Assembly (NCBI GenBank): GCA_050250935.1
Contig: JBFWNS010000003.1
Location: 160,001-224,000, forward strand
Direction: 5' to 3'
From: Candidatus Margulisiibacteriota bacterium
GTDB lineage: Bacteria > Margulisbacteria > Marinamargulisbacteria > JBFWNS01
DNA length: 64,000 nucleotides
In this document: positions 1 to 10,577 of the stretch, one piece after another
How the letters are laid out: each line of letters opens with the position of its first letter
Numbering within the stretch: the stretch's first letter is position 1
Made by a program: the position numbers and the translations under genes
Notes under the pieces: generated by a model
The model's input: the letters and a program-made list of their open reading frames with translations, nothing else
The model's database searches: none
What the model was told of the DNA's origin: nothing

Positions 1-422
1 ATAATGCCCAGGCCTACTTCGGGGAGGCCAACCACAGTTTTGGGCGAGTCTGAAACAATGCGCAAACTACAGGCCAGCGCCAATTCGAAGCCTCCTCCCA
101 AACAAGCGCCATGAATGGCCGCAATGGTTGTGCAAGGCAGTTCGGCCAGCTGGGTTAAAATGGCCTGGCCAGAAAGGGCTTTTTCTTTGCCTTCTGCGGC
201 AGTGGTAATGTCTTTGATCTCAGCAATGTCTGCCCCGGCAATAAACAAATCCGGTTTTCCACTTTTGATGACCAATACTTTGGGTGGGGTTTGAGCAATT
301 TGGGTCAACTTTTCCGAGAGTTCTGCCATGGTGGGCGAGGTGAGTTTATTAACCTTTTCGCCTTCCAAGTTGAAGGTTAAGGTGCCGATATCTTCTGTAA
401 CAACGTAGTGCCAGGCGCTCAT
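1..422 (-). CDS. 5' part of a fatty-acid oxidation multifunctional alpha subunit / enoyl-CoA hydratase (FadJ/FadB-like); runs off the window edge
   Basis: Not in the ORF track. Manual translation from ATG at 422 gives [27 protein letters not shown]...[10 protein letters not shown]...[18 protein letters not shown]...GLPEVGLGI, which are crotonase motifs. Lies directly downstream of the thiolase. Confidence 0.88.
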   Translation of the reverse strand, partial: MSAWHYVVTEDIGTLTFNLEGEKVNKLTSPTMAELSEKLTQIAQTPPKVLVIKSGKPDLFIAGADIAEIKDITTAAEGKEKALSGQAILTQLAELPCTTIAAIHGACLGGGFELALACSLRIVSDSPKTVVGLPEVGLGI

Positions 423-425
423 GGT

Positions 426-1718
426 TTATTCCGTTTCCAAAATTAGCGAACCGCCTTGGCCGCCACCAATACACAGGGTTGCCAATCCGCGGTGTTTGCC
501 ACGTCGGCGAAGCTCGTGTAGCAGGGTAATGACCAACCGGGTGCCTGTCATGCCCACAGGATGTCCCAGGGCAATACCGCCACCATTGACGTTTAAAAGT
601 GAGGGGTCGAGTGCACCAACGGCTTTGGATTGACCCAAATGGGTTTGGGCAAAACTATCCGATTCAAAGGCTTTGATATTGGCCAAAACCTGAACAGCAA
701 AGGCTTCGTTGAGCTCGATTAAATCGATGTCTTGCATCGATAGCCCGGTTTGATTCAATACTTTTGCTGTGGCAAAAACAGGTCCCAGTCCCATTCGAGA
801 GGGATCCAGCCCCGCATAGGCATAGGCTCGAACATAGCCCAGTGGGGTATAGCCCATGGCTTTGGCCTTGGATTCGCTCATCACAATCACAGCGGCGGCA
901 CCGTCTGTGATGGGGCAGGCATTTCCAACGGTTACGCTGCCATAGTTGCGGTCGAAATAGGGTTTTAGTTTGGCCAAGGCTTCCAAGGTCTGGGTGGCTC
1001 TTGGTCCATCGTCTTGGGTTTGAGTGGTTTTAAATTGAGGGGGAACTGGAACGGGGACCATTTCAGCATCAAAGGTTCCCGCGCTCTGGGCTTTGCTGGC
1101 TTTTTGATGGCTTTCTAGGGCAAATTGATCTTGAACCTCGCGAGGAATGGCAAAATCTCGGGCCAGATTTTCGGCAGTTAAGCCCATAATCAACCCACAG
1201 GTTGGGTCTGTTAAGCCTTCAACCAGCCCAATTTTGGGTTTGAAAAAAAAGGAAGGTCGAAGCTTTAAGAAGTGTTTTAATTTTTGGGTTGTCGTTTTGG
1301 CTTTTGCTGCTTGCGCAAACCAAGTCGTGGCTGCGGGGTTATACAGCAAGGGAATGTTGGACATCGATTCGGTTCCGCCGGCTAAAATAATCTCGGCTTC
1401 CCCGGCAAAAATCTTGTTGGCAGCACTGGTGATGGATTCAAAGCCAGAAGCACAATTGCGATGGACCGTAAAAGCTGGTGTCGAAACAGGAAGTCCTGCT
1501 TTTAGTGCTACAACACGGGCAATATTGGCGGCATGAGCGGGTTGAGACACGTTTCCCAAAATTACTTCGTCGATCAACTTGGGGTCTAGTCCTGTTCTGG
1601 CCAAAACTTCTTTAACGGGTATTGCGCCCAAATCGTCGGCCAAAATAGCACTAAACAGACCTCCCGCTTTGGTTTGCGGGGTACGAATTCCAGAAACAAT
1701 GGCCAAACGTTCTTTCAT
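426..1718 (-). CDS. Acetyl-CoA C-acyltransferase (thiolase)
   Basis: Catalytic motifs [17 protein letters not shown] and [16 protein letters not shown] upstream. Confidence 0.96.
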   Translation of the reverse strand: MKERLAIVSGIRTPQTKAGGLFSAILADDLGAIPVKEVLARTGLDPKLIDEVILGNVSQPAHAANIARVVALKAGLPVSTPAFTVHRNCASGFESITSAANKIFAGEAEIILAGGTESMSNIPLLYNPAATTWFAQAAKAKTTTQKLKHFLKLRPSFFFKPKIGLVEGLTDPTCGLIMGLTAENLARDFAIPREVQDQFALESHQKASKAQSAGTFDAEMVPVPVPPQFKTTQTQDDGPRATQTLEALAKLKPYFDRNYGSVTVGNACPITDGAAAVIVMSESKAKAMGYTPLGYVRAYAYAGLDPSRMGLGPVFATAKVLNQTGLSMQDIDLIELNEAFAVQVLANIKAFESDSFAQTHLGQSKAVGALDPSLLNVNGGGIALGHPVGMTGTRLVITLLHELRRRGKHRGLATLCIGGGQGGSLILETE

Positions 1719-1730
1719 GAGGGGCTCCTT

Positions 1731-2507
1731 TTAGTAGTTCAGCACTTGATCGATGTAGATCCAGTCGGGGTGTTTGATTTTGTCTTCGTTCTTTTTGAAC
1801 AACTCTGGCCACTGTTCTTCGCTTCCATAGAATTCTTTGGCTAGCTTTTTGAGGGTGTCGCCTGCTTTTACGGTCAATACATTTTCTGAAGGGGTTGGGT
1901 TTGGTGTCGGGTTTGTATTTTCGGTTGGGGTTAGGGCTAACTTTTGTATTGTTAGGGCGTCAATTTGCGTTCTTAGGTCATCTGTAGCTTTTTGTGCGTC
2001 TTGTTTTTCTTGTAGAGCTGCTTGGCGTTGGGATTCTGCATCTTGGGCTGCTTTTTTAATTCGATCAAGCTCGGCCTGTGCTTTTTGGGTTGCATCGTCA
2101 AGCATCAGTTGGGCCAGTCGTTTTTTCTCGGCTTCTACGGTGTCTTTTTGGGCCAATTCTGCAACGCGCTTGGCTTCGTCCAAAGCAAATTGGTCTTTCT
2201 GTTTGGATAAATCGGCATCATGGATGGCTTGATCAATCAACGGAATATAGGCGTCGAAAGACTGTTGAGCCAAGGCATAGTCGGTGTTCTCCAGGGCTGC
2301 TTTTCCTTCTTTATATTTGGCTTGGGCTTGTGCAAAAACCGTCGTTGCCCGTGTTGGGGCCTCTAGGGTTGTGGCTTGTTGCATTTTTGCCTCTGCAATG
2401 GCCAATTTTTTTTGAGCTTCGATTTTGACCTGTTCGCTGTAGCAGCCGGTTAAAAGCGAAGTTGCAAGAACCAGGCTTAACACAAAAGCAGTTGATTTAG
2501 TTTTCAT
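1731..2507 (-). CDS. LysM-domain coiled-coil lipoprotein
   Basis: Start moved to ATG 2507 (GGAGG upstream). Lipobox LLTG-C, long helical/coiled-coil middle, Pro/Thr/Asn linker, C-terminal LysM (VKAGDTLKKLAKEFYG...W..LF..N...I..PD.IY..Q.L). Confidence 0.85.
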   Translation of the reverse strand: MKTKSTAFVLSLVLATSLLTGCYSEQVKIEAQKKLAIAEAKMQQATTLEAPTRATTVFAQAQAKYKEGKAALENTDYALAQQSFDAYIPLIDQAIHDADLSKQKDQFALDEAKRVAELAQKDTVEAEKKRLAQLMLDDATQKAQAELDRIKKAAQDAESQRQAALQEKQDAQKATDDLRTQIDALTIQKLALTPTENTNPTPNPTPSENVLTVKAGDTLKKLAKEFYGSEEQWPELFKKNEDKIKHPDWIYIDQVLNY

Positions 2508-4320
2508 CGTCGGAAACCTCCAGGGTGTGGGAATGATCGTCGTAAAGGGCTTCGATATCTGCTTGAAACTTTTCATAAATAATCTTTCTTTTGGGTTTTA
2601 AAGTCGGGGTTAATTCCCCGGTTTCTGGGCTTAATTCATGGGCTAAAATAACAAATTTTTTGATTTTTTCATAATTGGCATAGGGTTCCAGTTTTTTTTG
2701 AATCACGCGGTCCATAAACGCATAAACTGTAGATTCTTTGGAGAGCTGTTCTTCTGACGTTTCTTTGCTATATCCCATGGCCTTTCGAACACGGTTCCAT
2801 TGGGGCACCACCAAAGCGGTCAGAAAATTATGCCCTTCGCCAATAACCACCACTTGCGCAATGAACTTACTGGTACCCAGGGCTTTTTCGATGTTTTGAG
2901 GCGGAATTTTTTTGCCATTCGACAGCACAATGATTTCTTTTTTTCGGTCGATGATGCGGATGCTGCCATCCGAATCGATTTCGGCAATGTCGCCGGTATG
3001 TAAAAATCCCTTTTCGTCGATTACCTCGGCTGTTTTTTCGGGGAGATTCCAATAGCCCAGCATCACGTTTTCACCTTTGCAAATCAGCTCGCCTTCGTTA
3101 TTAAGGCCCACTTCTAGGCTTGGCAGGGCTTTTCCAACGGTGCCAAATTTGTAGTCGTCCAGGCGGTTGCAGGCGATGACGGGTCCGGACTCTGTCATGC
3201 CGTACCCTTCGATAATAATCAGACCCATGTTTTCAAAAAAGCGGCCTAGATCTCGGGCCAATGGGGCTCCTCCCGAGACAAAAAATCGAAGTCGGCCACC
3301 CACTTTTGCCTTTATTTTTCGAAAAACCAGCGCTTTGGCAATGGCGTTGTCGATGCGAAGACCGAGGGTGAGGGTGTTGCTCTTTTTTGCAGTCTGATAG
3401 CGTTGTCCGATTTTAAGGGCCCAGTAGAGAATTTTTTCTTTAAGGCCATGGGCTTCGTCCAAAATCTTGGCCTGAATTTTTTCGTATAATCGGGGAACGC
3501 TCACAACGATGGTTGGGCGAACCTCTTGAATATCAATTGAAACCGTATTGATCGATTCGGCATAATAAATTTTGCCGCCCACAGCCAAAATCACATAATA
3601 GCCGACGGTGCGTTCAAAAACGTGGGAAAGGGGCAAAAACGAGAGGGCAATATCGGTGCTGCTGACCGGGGTAATGGCCATGATGTCTTCAATGTTGCTT
3701 AAAAAATTGCCATGACTCAGCATGACCCCCTTGGGATTTCCAGTGGTTCCCGAGGTATAGACAATGCTGACCAGGGTATTTCGGTTAATTTGAGACTGAC
3801 GCTCCAAAACAACGGTCCAATGAGCTTGCTTTTCTTTGCGTCCTTTTTCTAAGGCTTCTTCAAAAGATAAATACATCACCCCATGGGCATCGGCCGCGTC
3901 AAAGGATACGATGTGACGCACCAAAGGACAGTGCTGTTGGGCCGTCATGAGTCTGCTTAAATGGTCGTGGGTTTCGCAAAAAACAGCAGAGGCGCCCGAG
4001 TCGGTTAAAATGTATTCGATTTCGGTGGTGGTTAAGGTGGGATAAATGGGAACCAGAACAGCCTGGATTTTTTGACAAGCAAAATCGCAAATGACCCATT
4101 CTGGCCGGTTTTGGCTTAACAGCGCAACACGGTCCCCAGGATTAATGCCAGCTGTGAGCAGCCAAACGGCTAGGGCATCGATTTGCTCGGCAACCTGGGC
4201 ATAGGTTAGCGCTTGATACTGGCCTTGTTTTTTGGCATACAAAAAGTCCCGATCTGCAGTCAGGTCTACATGCGCTTGAAGCAGGTTTAAGAGGGATGTG
4301 GTTTGCATGGGATTGGCCAC
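2497..4320 (-). CDS. fadD: Long-chain fatty acid--CoA ligase
   Basis: AMP-binding motifs YTSGTTGNPKG, EGYGMTE, TGD and RKK, plus C-terminal LTPTLKPKR. Confidence 0.93.
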   Translation of the reverse strand: MANPMQTTSLLNLLQAHVDLTADRDFLYAKKQGQYQALTYAQVAEQIDALAVWLLTAGINPGDRVALLSQNRPEWVICDFACQKIQAVLVPIYPTLTTTEIEYILTDSGASAVFCETHDHLSRLMTAQQHCPLVRHIVSFDAADAHGVMYLSFEEALEKGRKEKQAHWTVVLERQSQINRNTLVSIVYTSGTTGNPKGVMLSHGNFLSNIEDIMAITPVSSTDIALSFLPLSHVFERTVGYYVILAVGGKIYYAESINTVSIDIQEVRPTIVVSVPRLYEKIQAKILDEAHGLKEKILYWALKIGQRYQTAKKSNTLTLGLRIDNAIAKALVFRKIKAKVGGRLRFFVSGGAPLARDLGRFFENMGLIIIEGYGMTESGPVIACNRLDDYKFGTVGKALPSLEVGLNNEGELICKGENVMLGYWNLPEKTAEVIDEKGFLHTGDIAEIDSDGSIRIIDRKKEIIVLSNGKKIPPQNIEKALGTSKFIAQVVVIGEGHNFLTALVVPQWNRVRKAMGYSKETSEEQLSKESTVYAFMDRVIQKKLEPYANYEKIKKFVILAHELSPETGELTPTLKPKRKIIYEKFQADIEALYDDHSHTLEVSDDEN

Positions 4321-4384
4321 AGGATATCACTTTCCGATCTGTGGGGCTAGCATTGGTGGGGTCGAGGCGGTAGTATTCTAGGCT

Positions 4385-5014
4385 ATGCCAAAACAATCTG
4401 TGTGGACAAAATTTCTTGTGGGCTTTTTTGTTGTTTTTCTTGGTGCTGGGCTCTATGGTTTGATAGCGTCTCAAGAATGGTTTTGGGATTTGACGTCTTG
4501 GCAGACTTATACTTTAACCCCAGCTTCGAAATCTCTGCTTCACGCGATTGATTCCCCCATTCGAGTTGCAGGTTTTTTTGAACAAAATACAGTGGAAAAA
4601 GGCATGCTCCGTGGGCTTTTTTCAGCTTATCATGCGCAGAACAATCAGTTTTTGTATACCTTTATAGACCCTGTACGGGAGCCCAATCAGGCGTTGGCTT
4701 GGGGGGAATCTCGTCGGGGAGTTGTGATTATTCAGATTAAAGACCGCCGATTTCGACTGCCGCTGGAATCTTTTTTCCAAGTTTCTGTTGCCCAAGGAAT
4801 GCCTGTTTTTAAAGGCGAAGAGGTTCTTTCTGGGGCGATAGCCGAAGGGTTTTCTTTGCCAGCCCCTGTCATTGAAAAACCTTTGGGAACTTCAGTTCAG
4901 GTTATCTTAACCGAAATCCAACAGGCTTGGATATTTATCTTGTTGTGTCTTGTGTTTCCTTTTATAGTGGCGTTTAGGGCTTTTTGGGTCTATCTCAAAA
5001 AGCGAAAAGCTTGA
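4385..5014 (+). CDS. Short GldG-like (ABC-type uncharacterized transport auxiliary) membrane protein
   Basis: N-terminal TM, then WDLT...YTLTPASK.LL..I..PI.V..F and F.Y.FIDP..EP, then a C-terminal TM. Much shorter than typical GldG-family proteins. Confidence 0.6.
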   Translation: MPKQSVWTKFLVGFFVVFLGAGLYGLIASQEWFWDLTSWQTYTLTPASKSLLHAIDSPIRVAGFFEQNTVEKGMLRGLFSAYHAQNNQFLYTFIDPVREPNQALAWGESRRGVVIIQIKDRRFRLPLESFFQVSVAQGMPVFKGEEVLSGAIAEGFSLPAPVIEKPLGTSVQVILTEIQQAWIFILLCLVFPFIVAFRAFWVYLKKRKA

Positions 5015-5031
5015 TTTTATAAGGAAAAAAA

Positions 5032-5472
5032 ATGCTTAAACGAAGCAATGCCTTGTTTTGGTCAACGTTGGTTGTTTTGGGGGTTTCTGGTGTGTTGGTC
5101 ATGGGGTATTTTTATAAAACTGTTCGAGAAAGAAATGCACTTCCGGAAGCACCGCACAGTGCACTGACCGAAGCCAATTTTGCTGCATTTTTGAATAACC
5201 CTTCTGCTCAAAAAGAAACGGCTAGACTCTTTATTAACCAATGTGCGGCCTGCCATGGATCTTCGGGCAATGGCGGGGTAGGGGTTTCTTTTCGAGATGC
5301 TGAATGGAAATATGGGGGCAGCCTTTCTGAAATCGAGGCGAGCATCATCCAAGGCCGGATCGGAATGCCCCGGTTTGGCGGGCGGCTTCAACCGGTGGAT
5401 ATCGAACAGTTGGCCATGTATGTAAAATCGTTTTCAATCCCGCAAGAGCCCAAAAATGAATCGGTTAATTAA
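5032..5472 (+). CDS. Membrane-anchored monoheme c-type cytochrome (cbb3 subunit III-like domain)
   Basis: N-terminal TM, CAACH heme motif, G..G.GG.G..F.D..W.YGG and distal Met in GMPRFG. Confidence 0.88.
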   Translation: MLKRSNALFWSTLVVLGVSGVLVMGYFYKTVRERNALPEAPHSALTEANFAAFLNNPSAQKETARLFINQCAACHGSSGNGGVGVSFRDAEWKYGGSLSEIEASIIQGRIGMPRFGGRLQPVDIEQLAMYVKSFSIPQEPKNESVN

Positions 5473-7423
5473 CGAAAAAAGCCCCTATTTACGCCAGCAT
5501 GCCCAGCAAGCCATTCATTGGTATGCATGGGGCGATGAGGCCTTTCAAGTCGCCGAGGCCGAAAAAAAACCTGTGTTTATCTCGATTGGCTATTCGACCT
5601 GTCATTGGTGCCATGTGATGGCCCATGATTCTTTTGAAGACGAAGCTGTTGTGGCCTTCTTAAATGCCCATTTTGTGTCCATTAAAGTGGATCGGGAAGA
5701 ACATCCTGATGTCGATCAATTTTACATGACAGCCTGCCAATACATGACGGGTGCCGGCGGATGGCCTTTGACCCTTTTTGCCCTGCCCGATAAACGGCCT
5801 TTTTTTGCTGGGACTTTTTTCCCAAAGCAGTCCAGTTCGGGGCGCATTGGGTTTTTGGATTTAATGCACTATCTTTCTGACGCGTGGCAAAATTCCCATT
5901 CAGATATTTTGAGTACCGCCAACCAATTGATGATTTCGATGGCCCACGATTCGGTGTTGGGACAAAGTGATGCCCCAGATTCGCGCTTATTAACCACCGG
6001 GCTTTCGGCTTTTAAAGATCAGTTCGATGCCACTTATGGCGGATTCGGACCTGCCCCTAAATTTCCGTCGCCTCATCAACTGTTGTTTTTGCTTCAAACC
6101 CAAGATGCCGACTGCAAGGCTATGGCGGTTCATACCCTAAAAGCCATGCGCTATGGCGGTATTTTTGATCAGATTGGGTTTGGTTTTCACCGATATTCGA
6201 CCGATGCCCATTGGCTTTTGCCACATTTCGAAAAAATGCTCTACGACCAAGCCTTATTGCTTTTGGCCTATACCGAAGGGTTTTTACAAACCCAATCCCC
6301 TCTTTTTTCGCTTACGGTTGAACAAATTATCGATTATATCCGCCAAAAACTGTCAGCCCCAGAGGGTGGATTTTATTGCGGAGAAGATGCCGATAGCGAG
6401 GGCGAAGAAGGCAAATTTTATGTGTGGAATGCCGCCGATTTCCCCAAAGATTGGCAGGCCTTTTGGCAGATCGATCCTGCTGGAAATTTTGCGCACGAAG
6501 CCACTGGCCACCGGGACGGCACCTCTATTTTACATGTCGATTTGGGGTGTTCGGAATCTGATTTTGTGTCTCGATTAACCCAATTTGAGCCTGCTCGAAA
6601 GACTTTGTACGATCTGCGAGAGACCCGTATTCACCCTGGTTTGGATTCCAAAGTCCTTACCGATTGGAATGGACTAATGATTGCGGCTTTGGCCAAGGCG
6701 TCTCGGGTTTTTTCTAGACCGGATTGGTTGCAGATGGCCGAAAAAGCCTTGTCCTTTTTAGAATCGAACCTTTGTATAAAAAATCAGGTGTGCCATTCCT
6801 GGTGCGATGGGGTTTTGAATACAACCCAGACGGCTTCGGATCGAGTCTTTTTGGCCTGGGGATGTTTCGAGCTGTATCAAACAACCTTGGATTCTAGGTA
6901 TTTGAACAAAGCCGTGTTGTTAATGCAGGAGACTTGGGATTTATTTGGCGATGAAAAACGCGGTGGTTTGTACAGCAGTATCGCTGGTGCCATGCCCATC
7001 CGCCAAAAAGAGGGCTATGATGGTGCGATTCCCAGCGTCAATGCCGTTGCCTTTTTTCTGTGGGGTGCCTTGGGCCGTCTTTTGCATCGCCAAGACTGGA
7101 TCGTGCTAGCCGACCAGGCCAAGCAGGCTTTCGCAGATCGTATTGGCCACTATGCTTTGGGTCATGGGTTTTGGCTTTACGCGCTGACTCTGCAAGCCAA
7201 TACTTGGGATATTACCCTTTCTGGCAATCCAGATTCTGAGGATTTCCAGTTTTTGTTTGCTGCGCTTCGTTCTCAGACTTTCGTGTCCGGATTTTGGCAC
7301 CATGATCCTGACTCCCATGCTCAGCCTGTCTGTGTTACCATTTGCCGTGGCACGGTCTGTATGGCAGAGTGTAGCAGCCCAGACGCCTTAAAAGATTGGA
7401 TTTCGACCCATGCATCTTGTTGA
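5456..7423 (+). CDS. Thioredoxin-domain protein, YyaL/SSP411 (DUF255) family
   Basis: [56 protein letters not shown]. Confidence 0.93.
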   Translation: MNRLINEKSPYLRQHAQQAIHWYAWGDEAFQVAEAEKKPVFISIGYSTCHWCHVMAHDSFEDEAVVAFLNAHFVSIKVDREEHPDVDQFYMTACQYMTGAGGWPLTLFALPDKRPFFAGTFFPKQSSSGRIGFLDLMHYLSDAWQNSHSDILSTANQLMISMAHDSVLGQSDAPDSRLLTTGLSAFKDQFDATYGGFGPAPKFPSPHQLLFLLQTQDADCKAMAVHTLKAMRYGGIFDQIGFGFHRYSTDAHWLLPHFEKMLYDQALLLLAYTEGFLQTQSPLFSLTVEQIIDYIRQKLSAPEGGFYCGEDADSEGEEGKFYVWNAADFPKDWQAFWQIDPAGNFAHEATGHRDGTSILHVDLGCSESDFVSRLTQFEPARKTLYDLRETRIHPGLDSKVLTDWNGLMIAALAKASRVFSRPDWLQMAEKALSFLESNLCIKNQVCHSWCDGVLNTTQTASDRVFLAWGCFELYQTTLDSRYLNKAVLLMQETWDLFGDEKRGGLYSSIAGAMPIRQKEGYDGAIPSVNAVAFFLWGALGRLLHRQDWIVLADQAKQAFADRIGHYALGHGFWLYALTLQANTWDITLSGNPDSEDFQFLFAALRSQTFVSGFWHHDPDSHAQPVCVTICRGTVCMAECSSPDALKDWISTHASC

Positions 7424-8141
7424 ACTGGTTCCCCGAGAAATGGAAACGTTTATAGCCGAAGCACAAGCGCTGATGAGCGCGGGGTTGGGATTGTTTGGCA
7501 TTAACGTCCCCGATGTGTTGCGTCTTTCGAACCGAAGCCACGATGCGGCAACAGCTTTGTTGCGGGTGGGCATTCCTGCTATTCCCCACATTCGGGCTAT
7601 CGATAGGCCCCTTGACGAGACCTTGTCTTTGGTTGATGCGTTTGTCAAAGCAGGCGGAGCTCATGTGTTAATTGTCAGTGGCGATATCCCAGATGGGTTG
7701 CGTCAGACTTACCCTGTTCATCCGGTTGATATCGTTGCTGCTTTAAAAGCCCGATTTGATTTGAAAGTCTATTGTGCGATTGATCCGTATCGCACCTCGT
7801 TTGCCAAAGAGTTGGCTTATATTGACCAAAAACGTCAGGCTGGTGCAGATGGATTTTTTACCCAACCATTTTTTGATGCTGGGCTAGCCAAGCTCTATTT
7901 GGATCAACTGGAAGGGACCTCTGTTTTTCTGGGTATTTCCCCAGTGATGAGCGAAAAATCAAAAAATTATTGGATTACCAAAAATCATGCGGTGTTTCCC
8001 AAGGATTTTTCCCTGGATTTTGAGGCCAATGTGGCAGTTGCAAAAAACTTGGTTGATGTTGCTGTTCAAAATGGGCAACACACCTATTCCATGCCGATTT
8101 TGTGCCCGGCGTTGGCATTCTCAAAAGCCGTTTTTACATAA
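7410..8141 (+). CDS. metF: Methylenetetrahydrofolate reductase (compact form)
   Basis: INVPD, IPHIR, LIVSGD and [14 protein letters not shown] motifs of the MTHFR barrel; metH is nearby. Confidence 0.78.
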   Translation: MHLVELVPREMETFIAEAQALMSAGLGLFGINVPDVLRLSNRSHDAATALLRVGIPAIPHIRAIDRPLDETLSLVDAFVKAGGAHVLIVSGDIPDGLRQTYPVHPVDIVAALKARFDLKVYCAIDPYRTSFAKELAYIDQKRQAGADGFFTQPFFDAGLAKLYLDQLEGTSVFLGISPVMSEKSKNYWITKNHAVFPKDFSLDFEANVAVAKNLVDVAVQNGQHTYSMPILCPALAFSKAVFT

Positions 8142-8344
8142 ACAAAATCCACTCGATATCGAGGTTTGATTCGGGATTTTGAATGCCAGAGGGTTGCATA
8201 GCGGCTCCTTTTTATTGGTGACGTGTTAAGGTGCTTTTTCCCTTTTATTTTGGGCTTTAAACATTTGATTTTTTGAATGTTTGATGGCTTGGGTCTGGGT
8301 GGCATTAGGGAGTCATCAAGATCAGACCGTAAGGGGGACCTCTC

Positions 8345-8464
8345 ATGTTTGACGAGATTCATGTTCAAGAAATCCAGGCTGTGGAAACGCGCCAGGGAAA
8401 ATTGGTGGTTTTTACTGCCGAATTTGGGGACGCAGTTTTAACGCTGGACTGTCACTGTAACTAG
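8345..8464 (+). CDS. Unannotated 39-aa microprotein MFDEIHVQEIQAVETRQGKLVVFTAEFGDAVLTLDCHCN
   Basis: Below the ORF-track cutoff. AAGGGGG Shine-Dalgarno ends 7 nt before ATG 8345 and TAG is at 8462-8464. It occupies an otherwise empty intergenic region and ends 7 bp from the convergent gene. Confidence 0.55.
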   Translation: MFDEIHVQEIQAVETRQGKLVVFTAEFGDAVLTLDCHCN

Positions 8465-8471
8465 GGAAAAG

Positions 8472-9707
8472 CTAGCCATGAAAATAGGCAAAAACAGACT
8501 GAAACCGTGGTTGGTTTTCTGGCTTAAGCCATCTTGCAAAACAGTGCATGATGATCGGCGATTTAATGCCCATCAAATGAATGTGGGGTTTTGCATAATA
8601 AAATTGCTGTGTTTTTCGAAAGGTCCTCAAGCCCATCGGTAGGGTTTGGAAATTGCCTTGCCCTTTTAGAATGACAACATCTGCAGATAGATAGGCCGTT
8701 TGATAGGCGGTTGTGGTTTCGAAAACATATTTTCCGGCGATGATGCTACCGCTTTCTACAATTTGGATTTGGCCTTGTTTATAGGCTTCAGAAATCGCGT
8801 CTAGCCCACCTCCTACCAACAAGGATTCCAAGTCAAATCGTGTTACATCGTTAACAACCGGTTGGCTTTTTACCACAAAGGTAATGCGATGGCTTTTTTG
8901 CAATAAAAATTCGGCAATTAACAGATCAAAAACGACTTCACCGTTGTTGTCCAATTCATACAAAATATGGCCGTTGGATCGTCCAAGTAATTGGTCTTTT
9001 ACTGCGTATAACTGAAAAAAGCGGTTAAAATAACATTGGGTTTGGATGGGGGAGGGGTCAGAAAGCAATTCATTAAACTCTTCCCGAAAGCCCATCAAAA
9101 AACCATCAACTGCTTTTTTGCCTTCAACCAAATCAATCCAATTGGCCCTTGTGGCAAAGTATAAGGCTAGTCCGAAATGGGTTTCGGTTAAGGCAAGTTC
9201 TTCTTTAAATTGTTTTACAAGTCCCAAGCAGAGGTTGTTATGGGCTTGCTTTTCTTTTAAGTAGGGGTCGTTGGGTAGGCCGCTATGTTTAAAAAACAGC
9301 CCCACACTTTCGCTAAGGAACAAAAAAAACTCCACAGAAGTGGCGTGCTTCATAATTTTGGGCGGGGCCTTTTTAAGGGTGTCGGACAGGGCTTGCTTGA
9401 AGAAACTTTTTTCGGTTTTGTGGGTGGCTGGAACCGTGTTCAAATAGAGTTTGTCCAAAATCATCATGCCAAATGCGATGTGGTTTGGAAAAACCCATTT
9501 TCCCCAGAGTTTTGGGTATAGCCCTAATAGGCGGTTTAAACGTTGTTGCCAAGGGGTTCTTCCAAGACGTTGTAGGGTTAAATAGTCTCCTAAAAATGCC
9601 TGGGGCGTTTTGGGCAGAAGCCAGTTGGGATGTGGGCGGTTTTGAATGCGTCCTAGGTGATTGCTTAGGCAGTGCTCAATATCGATAGACAGCTGATTAA
9701 GCGACAT
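8472..9707 (-). CDS. DUF89/ARMT1-like damage-control phosphatase with N-terminal extension
   Basis: Motifs A..ANWID, LDNNGEVVFD, PVVNDVT and ADVVILKGQGNFQTL. Confidence 0.8.
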   Translation of the reverse strand: MSLNQLSIDIEHCLSNHLGRIQNRPHPNWLLPKTPQAFLGDYLTLQRLGRTPWQQRLNRLLGLYPKLWGKWVFPNHIAFGMMILDKLYLNTVPATHKTEKSFFKQALSDTLKKAPPKIMKHATSVEFFLFLSESVGLFFKHSGLPNDPYLKEKQAHNNLCLGLVKQFKEELALTETHFGLALYFATRANWIDLVEGKKAVDGFLMGFREEFNELLSDPSPIQTQCYFNRFFQLYAVKDQLLGRSNGHILYELDNNGEVVFDLLIAEFLLQKSHRITFVVKSQPVVNDVTRFDLESLLVGGGLDAISEAYKQGQIQIVESGSIIAGKYVFETTTAYQTAYLSADVVILKGQGNFQTLPMGLRTFRKTQQFYYAKPHIHLMGIKSPIIMHCFARWLKPENQPRFQSVFAYFHG

Positions 9708-10577
9708 TTAGACGGCTGAATGATGCGGTTCGATATGGATTAAAACATCTGCAATCATGGGGAATTGACCCAGTAGCTTTTCTTTGACGGCATGGGCCAA
9801 CGCATGGCTCACATAAACCGTCATCTCGGGGTCAACTTCCAAATGAAGTTCCACAAAATAGGTTAACCCTGCTTTGCGAAGATGACAGGTTTCAACAGCC
9901 CTAATGTTGTCTTGGCTTTCGGCTGCTTTTATGACCTTTTCTCGTAACAAGGGGTCTGGGGCTTCGTCCATCAATTCAGAAAAAGCGGGTCGCATTAGCA
10001 TCAGGGCATTAAACCCAATAACGATGGCGGCCAAAACCGCAGCCCAATTGTCTGCAGAGCGATATTCGGGGCCTCCCACAATGGCAACGGCAATCCCAAT
10101 AAAAGCGGCAACCGAGGTCAGCGCATCACTGCGGTGGTGCCAGGCATCGGTTTTTAAGGCGGTGCTGTGTAAATCTTTACCGGTTTTGTGCAAATATCGA
10201 AACGCCAGCTCTTTGATTAAAATAACCCCCAATAAAACAAACAGGGTAAACCGATGTGGTACTGGTTTTTCCGTGCCGAGTTGGCTGAGGCTATGCCACC
10301 CAATCCCAAAGGCCATCACCAACAAGGCTGTGGCGCCAATCAGGGCTGTAATGGGTTCTGCTTTTCCATGGCCATAGGGATGATTTTCGTCTGGGGGTTT
10401 GGTCGAAACCGTAATGCCCAGCCAAATCACCACAGACAAAAAGGCGTCAGAAAGCGATTCAACTGCGTCCGCAATCAGTGCATAAGAATGGCCAAAAAAA
10501 CCAGCGGCCCCTTTGACAATGGCCAGGCCCAGATTTGTCAAAATACTCAATAGGTTGGCGTGATGATGGGTTTTCAT
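9708..10577 (-). CDS. Cation diffusion facilitator family transporter (FieF-like)
   Basis: ALIADAVESLSD, HPYGHGKAE, DAWHHRSD and C-terminal LIHIEP. Confidence 0.94.
   Translation of the reverse strand: MKTHHHANLLSILTNLGLAIVKGAAGFFGHSYALIADAVESLSDAFLSVVIWLGITVSTKPPDENHPYGHGKAEPITALIGATALLVMAFGIGWHSLSQLGTEKPVPHRFTLFVLLGVILIKELAFRYLHKTGKDLHSTALKTDAWHHRSDALTSVAAFIGIAVAIVGGPEYRSADNWAAVLAAIVIGFNALMLMRPAFSELMDEAPDPLLREKVIKAAESQDNIRAVETCHLRKAGLTYFVELHLEVDPEMTVYVSHALAHAVKEKLLGQFPMIADVLIHIEPHHSAV

Noticed and set aside
8084..8368. 94-aa minus-strand ORF in the metF-DUF89 gap
   Set aside because: TTG start, no RBS, overlaps metF, and conflicts with the better-supported plus-strand 39-aa ORF.
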